The translations under genes were made by a program, and so were the position numbers. A DNA stretch of 64,000 bases from Gnetum montanum (Eukaryota; Plantae; Gnetophyta), in the NCBI GenBank assembly GCA_015680685.1, contig MNCI01002435.1:88570-152569 (forward strand), read 5' to 3'. Positions 12,663 through 25,979 of the stretch are shown here, in pieces; position 1 is the first letter of the stretch, and every line of letters starts with the position of its first letter. The notes beneath the pieces were generated by a model. The model made no database searches. It was not told the DNA's origin and was given only the letters and a program-made list of their open reading frames with translations.

Positions 12663-14419
12663 TGAAACACCACTAATTTCGACCTAATACTTTAAAATGA
12701 GAACAACTCAAACCCTTTCAACCTTTCGAGAGGCAAACATTTGACTAAGGCATGTAACTCATGCTCAACTTGTTAAGCTAGCTTGTGCTCAGCGTGAGAA
12801 ACTCCAATAGCTTCAAAATCAAGTTAAAGATGGTCCAACTTGAGGGTGAAAGCCATCCTCAAGGGCCACTGCTATCCACTCCAAGTTTCAACATTCGGGA
12901 ATTCAAATTTCAAGACAAATTGGATAAATTTTTTTCACTCACGCTGTGGTCATGCTGAGGTCACACTCACAGCATGAGTATAGTGTGACCAACTCTGAGA
13001 GCCTCAAAACTAAGTCGAAATGGTTTGATTTCCTAGGTGTAAGTCATCCTTAGAGTTCATTGTTGACAACTTCAAGTTCTAGCCTCCAGAATTCCAAATT
13101 TCAGGTTCAAAATTGCAATTTTTTGTAACTCACGCTATGGTCACACTGCACTCACGCTGGCAATGTGAGTCTAGCATGAGTTACCAAAAGTGGTTTAAAA
13201 TAAGGCACATCAAGCTCAATTCTTGACTTGCAGATTACTCTCAAAGTCAACCACAGTCAGTCAATTACTATACTCAAGAAACAAGTTTCAAAGATCAAAA
13301 TTTGGTGTGAAATATATCATTTATAGCTCACTCACATTGCGATCGCGCTGAGGTCATGTTGGCAGGGTGAGTGCAGCGTGAGTACTAGTCACGCCCAGTC
13401 AAAATCACACCAAACACACGCTAAGGACATGCCAAGACAAAATCAACTCACGCTAGGAGTCCTGGTGAAACAGAGATGCCTCAAATAGCCACAAAACCAC
13501 TCAAATCAACATCCTGCAGCAGTTAGTTCAGGGACTAACAAGTTTCAAGTGAGCCAGAGTCAATCTCTCTTGTTGTACATTATCATCTTCATTGTAAATT
13601 TTCATCATTTGTGAGCTTATCAAACTCTTACGCTCCAAATTGTATCTGCTTCCATGGGTGTAAGCTAGCTTGTGTGAGCCAACACATGTTGTAAGATACA
13701 GTGCATTCGGTCAAGAACGTAGCCCACTTACATATGTCCAACTGACACGTAGCCGTCCATCTAACACCTGTCACATGATTCGTTTTTCTCTTATTTTTCA
13801 ACCATTAATCCATCTATGAGTTCCGTGCCTGAACCTGGCCAAACCTTATAAATACCCCATCCATCCACATAAATGGGGTTGGCAATTTTGAGGGTTGACG
13901 GCTTAGGAAACACTGGCTAGCAACTTTTGGAGGCTCAGGCGCACTTGACTCCTAGCATTTAAGCATCTGCAAGCATATCGCCCCGGGGCTTAGCACTTGA
14001 CTTGCCATTCACACACGCAACTACGCTTTGACTGGTGCACATTCATTCTAAGCAATATAATATAATTCATTTTTTCCTTCCATTATATTGTTTACTCTAT
14101 TTTAAATTTAGTTTACGCTATGTTTACAATACCATTTCTGTATACGCTCTATTTGCATTTCGTGTGTCATTGTTTACATTTCGAACATCAGTTATGATAA
14201 TCCAACACAAGCCATAGCTTACGTTTAGGGAAGTCCTTAGTTGATTTGCGTGCAGATCATCCAAGGCACTCTCCCTTCGTTTTCTTTTCCAGCTTGCCCT
14301 CACGCAAAGGCAGGGTCAACTGTGCCCGTTCAATGATCTTTCAGTGTTTTTTTTCCTTTCCAACCTTATGTCAATAATTTTGATTGGTACACCAACTACC
14401 AAGATTTTCTTTTGCTACA
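12663..14419 (+). repeat. LTR (1757 bp) shared by tandem elements A and B
   Basis: TGAAACACC...GCTACA termini as in C; PPT directly upstream; degenerate PBS directly downstream; TATA-like ccttataaatacc at ~13844. Confidence 0.85.
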
Positions 14420-14424
14420 TTTTT

Positions 14425-14440
14425 TAGTGCTAGAAGGAGG
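14425..14440 (+). promoter_or_regulatory. Primer binding site (tRNA-Asn type, degenerate) of element B
   Basis: TAGTGCTAGAAGGAGG versus intact TGGCGCTAGAAGGAGGG in C. Confidence 0.75.
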
Positions 14441-14489
14441 ACGAGATCTAAGTTTGTGTCAAGTATCATTTTTAACTGTTATGACTTGT

Positions 14490-14900
14490 TCTGTATAGCG
14501 TAGCAGCTGCACCACATGTAGCATAGTAGGGTGGTATAGGGCGCATCGTAGTAGGCATACGTTGTGTAGCGTAGCATAGTGTAGCACACTGTGGTGCTAC
14601 ACTCTAGCATAGCGATACAGTGTAGCGTAGCGCTACAGCGCAACACCCAGTGCTACAGTGCAGTGTAGCGCTATAGTGCAACACTTGACGCTACAGTGTC
14701 ACACCCTGTTACGCTCCACCAGAGTTGGCCATTTTTAGCAGTTGTCATACTTAGCATTTTTTCTGCATTTTCATACTTAGCATTTTTTTCTACATTGTTA
14801 CACTTAGCCATTTTCTATATATTTCTATACTTAGCCATTTTCGTGCTACTAACAAACTTAGTCATTTTTTTGCCATTTTTAGAGTTAGCCATTTTCTGCA
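14490..14900. repeat. 5'UTR low-complexity repeats of B: GTAGC/GCTAC pentamers, then ~26-bp ACTTAGC(C)ATTTT tandem units
   Basis: gtagcgtagcatagtgtagc...; about 7 units of acttagc(c)attttt at 14705-14900. Confidence 0.7.
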
Positions 14901-15089
14901 AATAGAAACTCTTACAACCTAGTTTGTGAATATGAATCTAGATCAACCTTCCACATTGGTGTTTAACACATTTGATACCACAATCCAGCCAAAGCATGCC
15001 GCATTAAGCCATGAACAATACAATTTTATTTGTGCCAAAATCCAAGCAGGACTACCAGTCGATTACCTCAATTTAGAGGCAAAACAGGA

Positions 15090-18000
15090 CTACGAATGAG
15101 TCCACTAGAATAGACAGGAGTACAACCCCTCCTTGTTTGACATAATCCCACTCACTAAGTCCTACCACCAGTTGTTGTCCCAACTCATCCGTGCAAACAA
15201 GCATGATGCAAGGACAACCTACGAGAAAGCCTCGCAGAAGGAGGAAGATGAGTTCGAGGCCCACTTTTAGCATGAGAGCCCCTTCCACATCGTCTTCCAA
15301 CAACCACTCCCTAGTACAACCCCTCCTTTATTTGGTCCACCCATCCCCTTTGAGATGGTGACCATGCCAATTCAACCTTCCTCACAAGCAACTAATGCAT
15401 TTTCCCAACACTATGCTCATGTAGGGGCCACCTCCCAGCCCTAAACAACTCAAACATCCTACATCCTGCCTATCTCATCGGTGTTTGTAGTGTTTTTCCA
15501 ACCCACCCATGTGTGGCCCACTCCAATCACTGCACCCATCGCTCAGCCAATACATCAACAATCGTCCACTACAATGTTAGACTGGCAACACCCATCCGCT
15601 ATGACATTAAACTGGTAGACTCTACAACCAACAATTCAACCCCATGTTATCCAACCAAGACAAGCCTAGTGATGAGTGGCGAGGTACCCCTACACTCAAC
15701 CATACGAAACGAGCGTCGCACGCGCGATCCGGTCGAACTCCGCAGATGGACTAGTTGTGGTATCTAGATAGTTAGCCTTAGGTCACAGTTCGCTGTCTTC
15801 CCATCTAGACTAGTTTTGCATATGTCACGTATGGTTTAGTCTAGATGAGGTGTATGATGTGTCCTAATCTAATGCTACTCCTGATGGCAATGGAAAATAA
15901 TATTTAACTAAATCTAAGCTAAGAGGAAAAGGGTAAGAAAATCTAATCTAGCCTAAGTGCGACGAGCAACCGATTCCTTGATCAACCGTACACATCTTGG
16001 ACTTCGTGCACGACTGCCACTGGGACTACCAAGCATAGGCCTAGGTACGCCACTGGGATTACCAAGCGCAGACCCCAAATACGCCACTGGGTTACCAAGC
16101 GTAGATCCCCCTAGCTACACCACTGGGCTACCAAGCAGTCACACTTAAATGCTCGTAATCAAGTCGAACTCGTTCCGCTTCTAGGAGTTCAGGGTTGAGA
16201 GACTAATCGCGATAAGTAACCGATTCCTTAACTAGCCGTACACACCCGTAGATGCTCGTAGTCAAGTCGTACTTACACCGCGCTATGAAAGCAATAAATA
16301 ACATGAAATAAATAACAATAAATAAACTAAGTGAATGCTGCAATGATGAAGTAATCTCGATCTTTATTGCCGGTCATGTGCATGTCCAAGTATGGCACAC
16401 TCGAATAAAGACACCGTACAATCACATTCACCACACTGCGGGCAGACACGGGAAAATTCTAACTCTGGAGGGATCAAATTGCCAGAGCTTCGCTACCTAA
16501 AACTAGGATCCCCAATTGAGGGAGAGCCGCCTCTTATTTATAGACATGACGGCTGACTGCGATATCGCGTACGCGATATCGTAGGGAAGGACGCGATATC
16601 GCGGCCGACGCAAACCGCGTCTCATCACCTAGCCAATGCAACCGGCTAGCACATCTGCAAGCTTGGATTAAGCATTCCAACTAATCCAAAGCTTGATGGA
16701 GAAGATCAACTGACTTAAGGCTACCTCCTCTAACACCATCAAGGTGGTGGACTTCTATGGAGATGACCCCATAAGTCCTACAGTACCACCCCTAATTCTT
16801 CCAACTGGGGCCCAACTGCCTCAATTTACCAAGTACAACGGAGAAGGGGATCCCAATGCACACTTGGTCACATTTTGATCTGAATGCCTACTCCTTCAAG
16901 CTTGGCCACATGCCATCATACATGTCTTCCCCATGTCACTCACTGGCAAGGCCTTAGACTGGTATCATGTGTTACCCAATGCCTCAATCTCCTCTTTGGA
17001 AGATCTCATAAGAATGTTTGTGACACACTTCAAATCCAACCTAAAGCCTGAAGCAACCCTCAACCAGCTGATGCAAGTTAAGCAGGGGCCTCTAGAGCCT
17101 ATGTCAAAATTCCTCCAACGTTGGAATGTTGCATTGAGTGAAATGCATGAACCCTTAGCACAGACACACCTACTAGCTATCTTCAAAGGTGCAGTGAATC
17201 ACTTCATCAAGTCCAAACTATATTATCTAGCCCCAAAGTCTCTTAGCCAATCCTTTACCCAAACAAAAGGCATAGAGGAAGCAACACAAGCTAGCAATGA
17301 TCCAACCCATGTGGCCTACAGAAACCAACATGCTTACAAGCAAAACAAAATAGTGATAACAGTAGCCACAAGCACAAAAGTAACCAACCAGGGCCCCATA
17401 GCTAAGCAGCCCAAGGCCCCAGCTAACAAAACCACCAATTCTGGCACCAACTCACCTACATTGATAGGGGCTACCCCAAGGCCCAAATTTCAGCGCAAGG
17501 ACTGCTCAAAGTATACACCACTATCGGTGCAACACTCTGAACTACTAATGAAACTCTTGAAATTTGGGCAAATCCAACACAAACACGTATCGACAATTAC
17601 TTGTCAAAAACATGATAAGTACTATGAACTACTAAGGAACCCCACTTTAGCAGTGCCAAATGAGCCCCCAATTCCACAACACTTCAAGCTAGACCAATAC
17701 TATCATTACCACCAATTGGTTGGTCACAGTACAGACAACTGTCGTGCTTTGCAGGATGACTTGTAGAGAATGATAGAAGGGGCCCAAATGGTGATCAACA
17801 CAGTGAGTCAATCCAACATAGATAATGCCTCCTATGTCATAAATTCCATTAGCATAGGTGGTAAGTCTAAACCTACACAACGACCTTTTGTGATCTGTGT
17901 GCCTCCCAGCAAGGCAAGGGTCCCCTCCGCTTCCATAAGCAAGAGGCCTTCCTTTATTATCAAAGTGCCACCTCGAGCACCCATAGCATCCTTTGTGGTC

Positions 18001-19215
18001 AAAGTTCCATAGCAACCATCCACTAAGACGTTAAACTGACATGATGCAACAATAATCGCTAAGTAACCTTTTATTATCAAGGTGCCACAACAAGCTGACA
18101 ACATAACAACTCCACCTAAATCACCATTTGTCATAAGGGTGCCACAACATGATGACCCCTCACCTACCCGAAGCCCAACAATAAGCAATGTCTCAATCTC
18201 TCCTCCCTCAAGGGTAGATCCCACTAGCAACCCGAGTGGACCTACCAAATGGCAACGCAAGAAGACAAATGAGCACCTTGCAACCCCCATGGCTGAAGCA
18301 AAAGCCACAACTAACAAGCAACAACCAAATATTGGGACCCCTACCCCCAAACAAGCCAAGAAAACCAAGCCCAAGTCCCCTCCATGAGAGATCTATCTCT
18401 CAAGCCACATGGAGAAAGTCAAAGGCAACACAATAGCCAATGACAAGGACTTTGTAGCTACACTAACCCAGGTGAAACAAATGCTCAAACAAAAGAATAC
18501 AACATTGAGCTTGTATGACCTGGTCATGACCTCATCTACTCACCACCAAGTCTTGGCCCAAATGTTGGCCTCCATTCCTATTATGGAGGACATCCCTGCA
18601 GATGAGGCATCCATCCATGCAACAATGTTACCTCCTACACCATAAGAATTGGGTTCAACAACCCTAGCCTTTCACGATGATGCAGTCAAAGTCAACTCCG
18701 AATGAGGGGAGGTCACTACAGCTCCATTATCCATTAGCATTCGTGTTGGGCAGTGCACAATCCGCAGAGTGCATGTCAATGATGGTGCAACAACAAACAT
18801 AGTCCTGTACTCCATCATCGACAAACTAGGTATGGCAGATGAAATCAGGCCAACCAAAACCACATGTCTAAAATCCTTCAACAGATCACGTGTCATAACC
18901 AAGGGTACAATCAACTTAGCCTTTGTGGCAGGAGAGTAATTCCCCACCGGTGCATATTTCACTGTCATAGAAGAGATGACAGGTTTCAACATGATTCTAG
19001 GTAGGCCTTGGCTAGCCCAACTAAGGGCCATCTCCTCTCCCATCCACCAAGAAATCCACCTTCCATATGAAGGTGGTCAAGTTATCATCCATGGTGATAA
19101 TGCTTCCTCTTCGACTATCCATGACATAGACATGGTGCAAGTTTTGAAAGAGGAGTTTCTTGGTGGTACACCTATGGCAACCAACGTAACGCCTAAGGCT
19201 AACACACCTGAATGA
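15090..19215 (+). pseudogene. gag-pro: Degenerate gag-protease of element B (interrupted by a solo LTR)
   Basis: FTKYNGEGDPNAHL, SLTGKALDWY, HQLVGHSTDNC, RRVHVNDGATTN, FNMILGRPWL; 5' boundary approximate. Confidence 0.85.
15670..16627 (-). mobile_element. Athila-like solo LTR with 5-bp TSD CCTAG
   Basis: TGATGAG...CTCATCA termini; CCTAG at 15665-15669 and 16628-16632; its reverse complement ends gtatggttgagtgtaggggtacctcgccactcatca, like the LTRs at 29081 and 34746. Confidence 0.92.
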
Positions 19216-19519
19216 GTGGTTGAAGCCAATAGCCTCCTAGAGGATCCTAAAACTTCCACACCTCCTAATCTACACTGGGTTAGGACACAACTACATGATC
19301 AAGACTTTTCTTTGGCCAAAAACATGTTACACACCAGTTCATCCCTTGCCTCCATTGGCCATGCATTTTTGGTTTTTTCTTGGGTTGCGTTTATTCATGC
19401 ATCTACATTTCACCTACTTGCCTAGTTTACACACTACTTTGCTTTTTTTACGCATTTCTACTTTGTTTACATATCCATCTACTTAGCTTATGCATTGCAT
19501 TTGAAAAAACTACAAAAAC

Positions 19520-19950
19520 ACATGGCCCAGAAAGGCCTTAAACTAGCCTATGGCCCGAAAAGGCCTCAAACTAGCCTACAGCTTGGAATGGCCTAAAACT
19601 ATCACTTTTGAATTGATTTCCTTTCATTCATCCATTTTAACTCTGTTTACAATAGGTGTTATTTGATGTTGTTTTCTTTTTAGTTGATTTTTTGCAGGAT
19701 CTTATAGGCATGCAGCACAACCATGCATGCAGTATTGCACCTTACACAAGCAAGGTAAGCACCAGTCCGCTATGACTATAAACTCGCATAGATAGTTCAC
19801 TATGACTATAAACTGGCATAGCTCGTCCTTAGGTCATGACGTTAAACTGGCACAACATCCACTATCTGCTACAACATTAAACTTGCATCCAACAATCTAC
19901 TAGAACTATAAACTAGCACATCACGGTCTGCCAAGACTTTAAACTGGCAT
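19520..19950 (+). ncRNA. Coremin-like motif arrays of element B (3 GGCC-type units at 19520-19602; 6 GTC/GAC units at 19764-19949)
   Basis: tggcccgaaaaggcctcaaactagc; cagtccgctatgactataaac; tcgtccttaggtcatgacgttaaactggc; ggtctgccaagactttaaactggca. Confidence 0.65.
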
Positions 19951-22604
19951 GTAGCTGATCTTATCTGAACACTTGCCATTGCCTTGGGAGCACTCATAAC
20001 ATCATCGCCTTCCACCATTCTGGTGATTCTTTTGAAGCATTTACAATTAGTGTGACATTCAAAAGACTTGCAGCAGCATTGCCCTGGCACTTTCACTGGC
20101 TTCCCGAGCACTTGTGACTGGCACAACATTAGACACATTTGCAACATCTTCATAGTTTTACACCTATGGCATCTTCACATCTGGCATTTGCACTTACATT
20201 TCACATTTTGTGGTTTCCTTGTCCTCTCTTAGTTGTGTTTGTAGGACAAAGCCTTGGAGGCGATTGTGCAAAGGTGCATCTCATCGCGACGGTAAGTCAC
20301 CACATTGCTTTGATGTGCATGATTGGACTAGTTGAGCCACTCAAGAGTACACATCCCCCTCATTCCTGTTATAGCCTATGCACATCCATTTATTCATCCC
20401 AATATCCTCTCATCCTCCCCATACTCATGATTTCACACTCCTCTGATGGATACGCGCTATGACACACATGGCATTCTCTTCATATCAACTGTTGAACCCA
20501 TGGACGATGTAATACAACTTTTCCTATGTGGAGCCTCTGTTGCATGGTCAAAGCCTAAGTGGATGTAACACAACTCATCCCAAGGAGGAAACACCTATCC
20601 TACAAATGCGATGTGGATGCATCAAAACAATGCTCATCTTCTCGATGGCCAAATTGCAGCTAGTATTCAGTGGTAAGCTGAACCCAAAGAAGGTTCGCCT
20701 CACAACACAAACAAACAAAAAATCAAAAACACTGCAGCTTCACAATTGGCCCATCCTTGGATCGACTTTGATCCTCCCATGAGTACTCTGATGAAAGGTC
20801 AACATTTCAAGGGCAAGCTACTTCATGCCATGATCACCATCAGCCATGCTAACTTTGCATTTTACATCATGATCCACTATTTGCATTTCGTTTCCACAGT
20901 TTGCATTTCATCTTCCTAACATCGCCTATACCCCTTGTCCCTTAGCATAACCTTATTCTCATAGCACTCTTGAACATGACAAAATGATATCTGATCTTGT
21001 ACTGACAAGTGATGTTGGTGGCATGTCTGCTGTGATGTTTTGTAATTCTTTGTCGACGTCTCTCAAGCCACTCATCCAGAGATCAACAAAGAGGGGCCAT
21101 TGAAACACCACAAAATTTTGGGTCTTATCATCTTGAATACAAATTTGGCTAAGTGTAAAAATGGTGACACTTTGCCCATATTTTTCCAAGTGTTGAGTGT
21201 AGCCGGCACCAAACTGCTAGACTTGAAAAATTGTTCTAAGTGTTAGGACGATGGCACAATTGCTATGCCCACAATAATCAAAGCGATAATAGAATACATC
21301 ATCGATGACAATGAAATCATGATGCTGATGAACCTCTATTGGCGACTTGAAGCATGCTTAACATTGTAGAGGTAGTTAAGATCCCAACTAAGCATGTAAA
21401 AGATAGTCAAATCAAGTGCTTAGACATGATCAATATCCCAAGTTTTAAGGGGAATAAAAGTCTAGCACACAAACACATCTACAACCTTTCCACAATGTTT
21501 GTGCCTTGTAAAACATTGAAAATGACTTGTAGAAACTCAAGCTCATCCTCAGGACACTCATCAAAGAAGCAAAAAGCTGGTACTGATCCCTGGAGCTAGA
21601 ATCTATCCACCAATGTAGTAAAATGCTTTAGCTATTTAATGACAAATACCAAACATACTCTAGAGTGTCTAATCTGAGAAGGCAAATCCAAGGTTGGAAA
21701 TACGGAACACATGAACCCTTGGATGTTTCCATGGGTACATATTATTCTCTCTTACACTAATGCCTTGGCCATGGTCATTCTCAAAGGAAGTAACTTTGTG
21801 ACATCATAGATGGGCTTAGAGTAGAAACTAGAAGAACTCTTAGGGTTTATGCCCAAGGCAGACTATCCAAATTAAGATCTCATCAAATCCAAAGGCTTAT
21901 AAAGCACATAGTAAAAGAAGAAGATGAGTTACAGAAAAGGGAAAGTGTTAGGGATCCTTTCATTAGAAAAAGGGAGGTCCAATTTTGTGACGAGGAGGAG
22001 TCGCCACTCGATGAAGTGGTGAATAGGAAAACCTTGCCTATTTAAAAATTTGTTTATGATATTTCGGCTAAGGTTGATAAATTATTGAACTCTTTGGATG
22101 AAAAGTGTCAAATTACTATGAAAATTGCTGAAGCATCTAAAAAAAATAGTGATCATGACTACAAGAGGTGAAAAGAAGCTAAACGTGCCTACCAGAGAGG
22201 TAAGGGTAAAGTCACTGCAATGGAAGAAGTTGTGTAAATAGACTTTGATGATGATACTAGCTATGACATTTGTCAATATGAACATCCAATGGGTTTTTTC
22301 CCTATGGTGTCACACTTACAAGAGTTTGGGGTGTACGTGTTGAATCCTTGATTAGCACATAGGCAAGAACTTAGATGGTTACCTTATCCTCAAGGCAATC
22401 CAAGGCAGTTCCACCAGCAACAATAAGCTTATTACCCAACTGGAGCTCCACCACAACCATATGAGTAATACCAATAATGGCACCAACCACAATTGTGGGG
22501 AATTCCATCACCCAAATAGTAGTACCCTTATAGGCATTTAGATCCACTTCCTAATGAATAAGCCAATGGTGAGCCCTTATATCATACGGTGGCTCATGAT
22601 CTTG

Positions 22605-23960
22605 TAGGAATTTGATCTCACAATGGTAGATCAGAAAGGGATCAAGAATGTGATTGTTGACCACCTTTCTTGACTAAGAGCAAGAAATGACCAAGTACCC
22701 ACTGAAACAAAATGGTATGATGGCATCCTTACTTAGCTTCTCACTTAGGAGATGCCACAAGATTTGGACTTTAGGAAGAAACAACAATGTCTTCATCAAG
22801 CAAAGTAGTTTATGGAAATTAATGGACCCCCTTATAAGGTGTGTGCCAATGGCTTGTTTCATTGGTGTGTCCCTGATGTGGATCAACTATGCATTCTCCA
22901 AGGTGCTCACAAAGGCCCTTTCAAAAGCCACTATGCAAGGAGGTACATGACTAGAAAAATTTTGATGGCAGGATACTATTGGCCTACAATCTTTAGGGAT
23001 ACCCACTAGTTCATCTGATCTTGTAAATGTTGTCAAAGAGATGGTGGAATGACTGCACAAATGGAGGGTCCTCAATAGTGGATTCAACCATTGAAGCCCT
23101 TTGACATATGGGGCATAGACTTCATGGGTCCCATCACACTCATGTCCAATGGAAAGATGTATATCATTGTAGCAATTAACTACTACATCAAATGGGTAGA
23201 AGCAGCAGTTGTCACTAACTGTACATCATCCACTGCTACTAGATTCATACAATAAAATGTTATAAATAGGTTTGGGTTGCCACATGCACTAATTTCTGAC
23301 AATGGAACTCATTTTATAGATGTAACTTTTCAAAAACTTATCCAATGCTTGGGGGTTGAACATAAATTAACAACACCCTATCACCCCCAAGCCCATGATC
23401 AAGCAGAGGTAACTAACAGGGAGATCACAAAGATTCTAATAAGAATTGTTAGTAAATACAGGTGAGACTAGAGCATAAAACTCAACGATGCCCTTTGGGC
23501 CTACTACTCAACATGGAAACTCCCTATTGGCTACTCTCCCTTTAAGCTAGTGTACAGAAAACTTCTAATGCTTCTAATTCAATTTGAGCTCCATACACTC
23601 TTAATGGCCTATGAACTAAATCTTGACCTAAGTCTAGCACAAAAAGAAATACTAATTAACCTGAATGTGCTCAACAAGAATTGATTAGTGGCCCTATCTT
23701 TGAATGAGGTGTACAAGACATTCAATAAGCAATGTCATGACCTTAGAATAAGTAAAGAAAAATTCCAACTTGGTGATAAGGCCCTCTACTGGAACCCCAC
23801 ACATGAACCCCAAAAGACAAAGTTTGAAACGTTGTGGAAGGAACCTTATATAATTGATCAAACTTTTTCCTCTAGGGCCATGTTAATTTACAAACCTGAA
23901 AGCCCAAGTAAAAAGTAGTTGGTCAACATCCAACAAGTAAAACCTTTCCTTAAACTAAGA
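22605..23960 (+). pseudogene. pol: RNase H C-terminus + integrase remnant
   Basis: Motifs as above; PR/RT are missing between the gag-like Q/P-rich segment and the RH end. Confidence 0.85.
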
Positions 23961-25979
23961 CAAGCAAATGCAACTACCACCTCAATGGATGGACAACCAT
24001 GTTCAATTTTTTGGATCTCCTTTTTCCAACATAGTCATGGGGGAGATGGCTATCCATGCTAACCACCTACATAGCTCTTCAGTTTTTCACCTTTTTTTCA
24101 CTTTTTTTTATACATTTTTGTTTTACACTTTGTGATTTTTACCCATTTTCTCAATTTTTGTTTTACAACATCATTAGTATGTTTTATCTTTCTTAAATAT
24201 TTTATACTTTTTATATATTTTATTTTATTTTTTTTGTGTGACTTTTCACAATTTTTGCTAATAAAAGTGCTTTATTACTACAGGAAACAATGCCATTTGC
24301 TATTTACTAATGATGGTTTGTGCTTAATGTTGTGATTGTCAATGCCTGGTTTTTATTTTTGAATTTTGATGTCTGATGACTATGACATGGTTTATTTTTC
24401 ATAAAATAGGTAGTGAGTTCACGTCATTGGTGACCTTTTATTAAAGAAAACTTTAATACATTGGTGACCTTGGTAGTTTTTGGAATTGGAAAGAATTCAA
24501 AGGTTTGTACAAGGTATAAATTCAAGGAAACTTAATACTCTTTGTACTCTTCTACTTACTTGAGTGCTCAAGTGTTTTCATGAGCTTCTTGCCATTCCGC
24601 TCTGACCACTAACAAGAAGTCAAATAAAGTCTTTGCATGGTGTGGTTTCCATCCAAAAAAAAAAAACATAATGGAAATTCAAAGCACACCCCTTAGACAA
24701 ATAAAAAGGCTACAAGCACTGGTTATGGGACTAGAAAGACATGTTACCCATGCTTGAAGATCCCCTCTAAATAAGAACCTCTCTCACTTCCTACTTCTCT
24801 TATCTTCTCTTTATGAAATGGTGGTTGTTTTGTGAGTGCACTCTTGTATTTCGAGGGGGTGGTTCAGTCTTGGAGTGATGATGCAAAGTCACTAAAAGAG
24901 ATTGGTTTGGGTCTAGAAGAAGGATGGATCTTCTTAGGTCATTTTAAACATAAATTCCACAAGGTACTTATGACCTCAATTCAGGATTCCATCCCACCTT
25001 CTTAGTTATCCATCTATGCTACCATAACTCACCTCACTACTGGTTTCTATGTTATGATCGATCTCTTAGTTTGATGTGTTGGAATTCTTGAATAGATTCT
25101 TACTATTTGGTTCTTAACTTTTCATGATCATTAATCAACTATGGGGCCCATGAACTCCTTAGTTGAGTTTATGCAAGGGCAAAAAGGGCATGTGCCTACT
25201 ATGGGGAGCACCCACTTGCATATCTCTTGGTTTAGTTAGTTAAGTCCCTTACTTTTGACATTGCTATAATCCTATCTTTCACATATTCCATTGTGTATCA
25301 TGCTCTATGCTCCTTGAACTCTCATAACATTTGTTCTCCAAACCACTTTCTCAATTTTCTAAACTCCAATACTCTCTTCTACTATTTTCATCATGTTCGT
25401 AGCTTTTTGGACTTCCATTTGACCCCAATTTCATTCAAAAACTTCTTGTATTTTGGAAGTTTGACCAAAGTTAACAAAAGTCAATAGTGGTCAACAGCTG
25501 CATCGATTAAGCCTAGTCAATGCAGCCAACCTAGTCAATGCATGTCGAAAATCCTATAAGTACCACTACCTACTTTGTAATTTTTAACATCGGCTTCATA
25601 ACAAGAGGGGAGTTTTTGCCATTTTTCAAAGCCCAAAACCTTCTAGTGCCCATAACTCTCTAATCGTTTGTCCAAATCACTCTGTTCTTTGATCCTGTAG
25701 CTATTAGAGGTATGCTCTTAATCATAGAATTTTTTGAAAATTTTTCTAACTCCAAAGGGTTAATGAATATAATGATATGAAACCATCAATTTTTGAGAGT
25801 TAACCCTTCCAACACCCTATGGAATGATTTACTAACATTAAAAAAAATAAAATAATGATTAAAATTAATTAAATTAGCCATAATCACAACTTAGCCAAGT
25901 GTAACTATCCTAAGGAGATAAGGTATCCCAGTTGTTTCATGTTACACAACAATTGTTAACCTGTGGTCATGTTGTGATT

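Larger units (their letters stand above)
1..14419 (+). mobile_element. Ty3/gypsy Tat/Ogre-type LTR retrotransposon 'A' (5' end outside window): gag-pro / antisense gene / RT-RH-aRH-INT / 3'UTR / PPT / LTR
   Basis: Domain motifs listed below. PPT AAAGAGGGG at 12650-12658 is followed by an LTR TGAAACACC...GCTACA. A 130-N gap lies at 7854-7983, but RT N-terminal sequence is present on both sides of it. Confidence 0.85.
14420..21180 (+). mobile_element. Non-autonomous Tat-type element 'B': PBS, gag-pro, motif arrays, 3'UTR, PPT, start of a 3' LTR; lacks antisense gene and pol
   Basis: gag-pro homologous to A/C; PPT AAAGAGGGG at 21088-21096; TGAAACACCAC at 21101; the end of this LTR was not found. 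Confidence 0.8.

Noticed and set aside
19550-19577. Hammerhead ribozyme (GGCCCGAAAAGGCC..AAAC resembles stem II)
   Set aside because: The CUGANGA and GAAA core nucleotides are absent from all units.
21947-22010. ggagtcgccact as a reverse Ogre-like LTR end/PBS
   Set aside because: An isolated short match with no supporting LTR or TSD.
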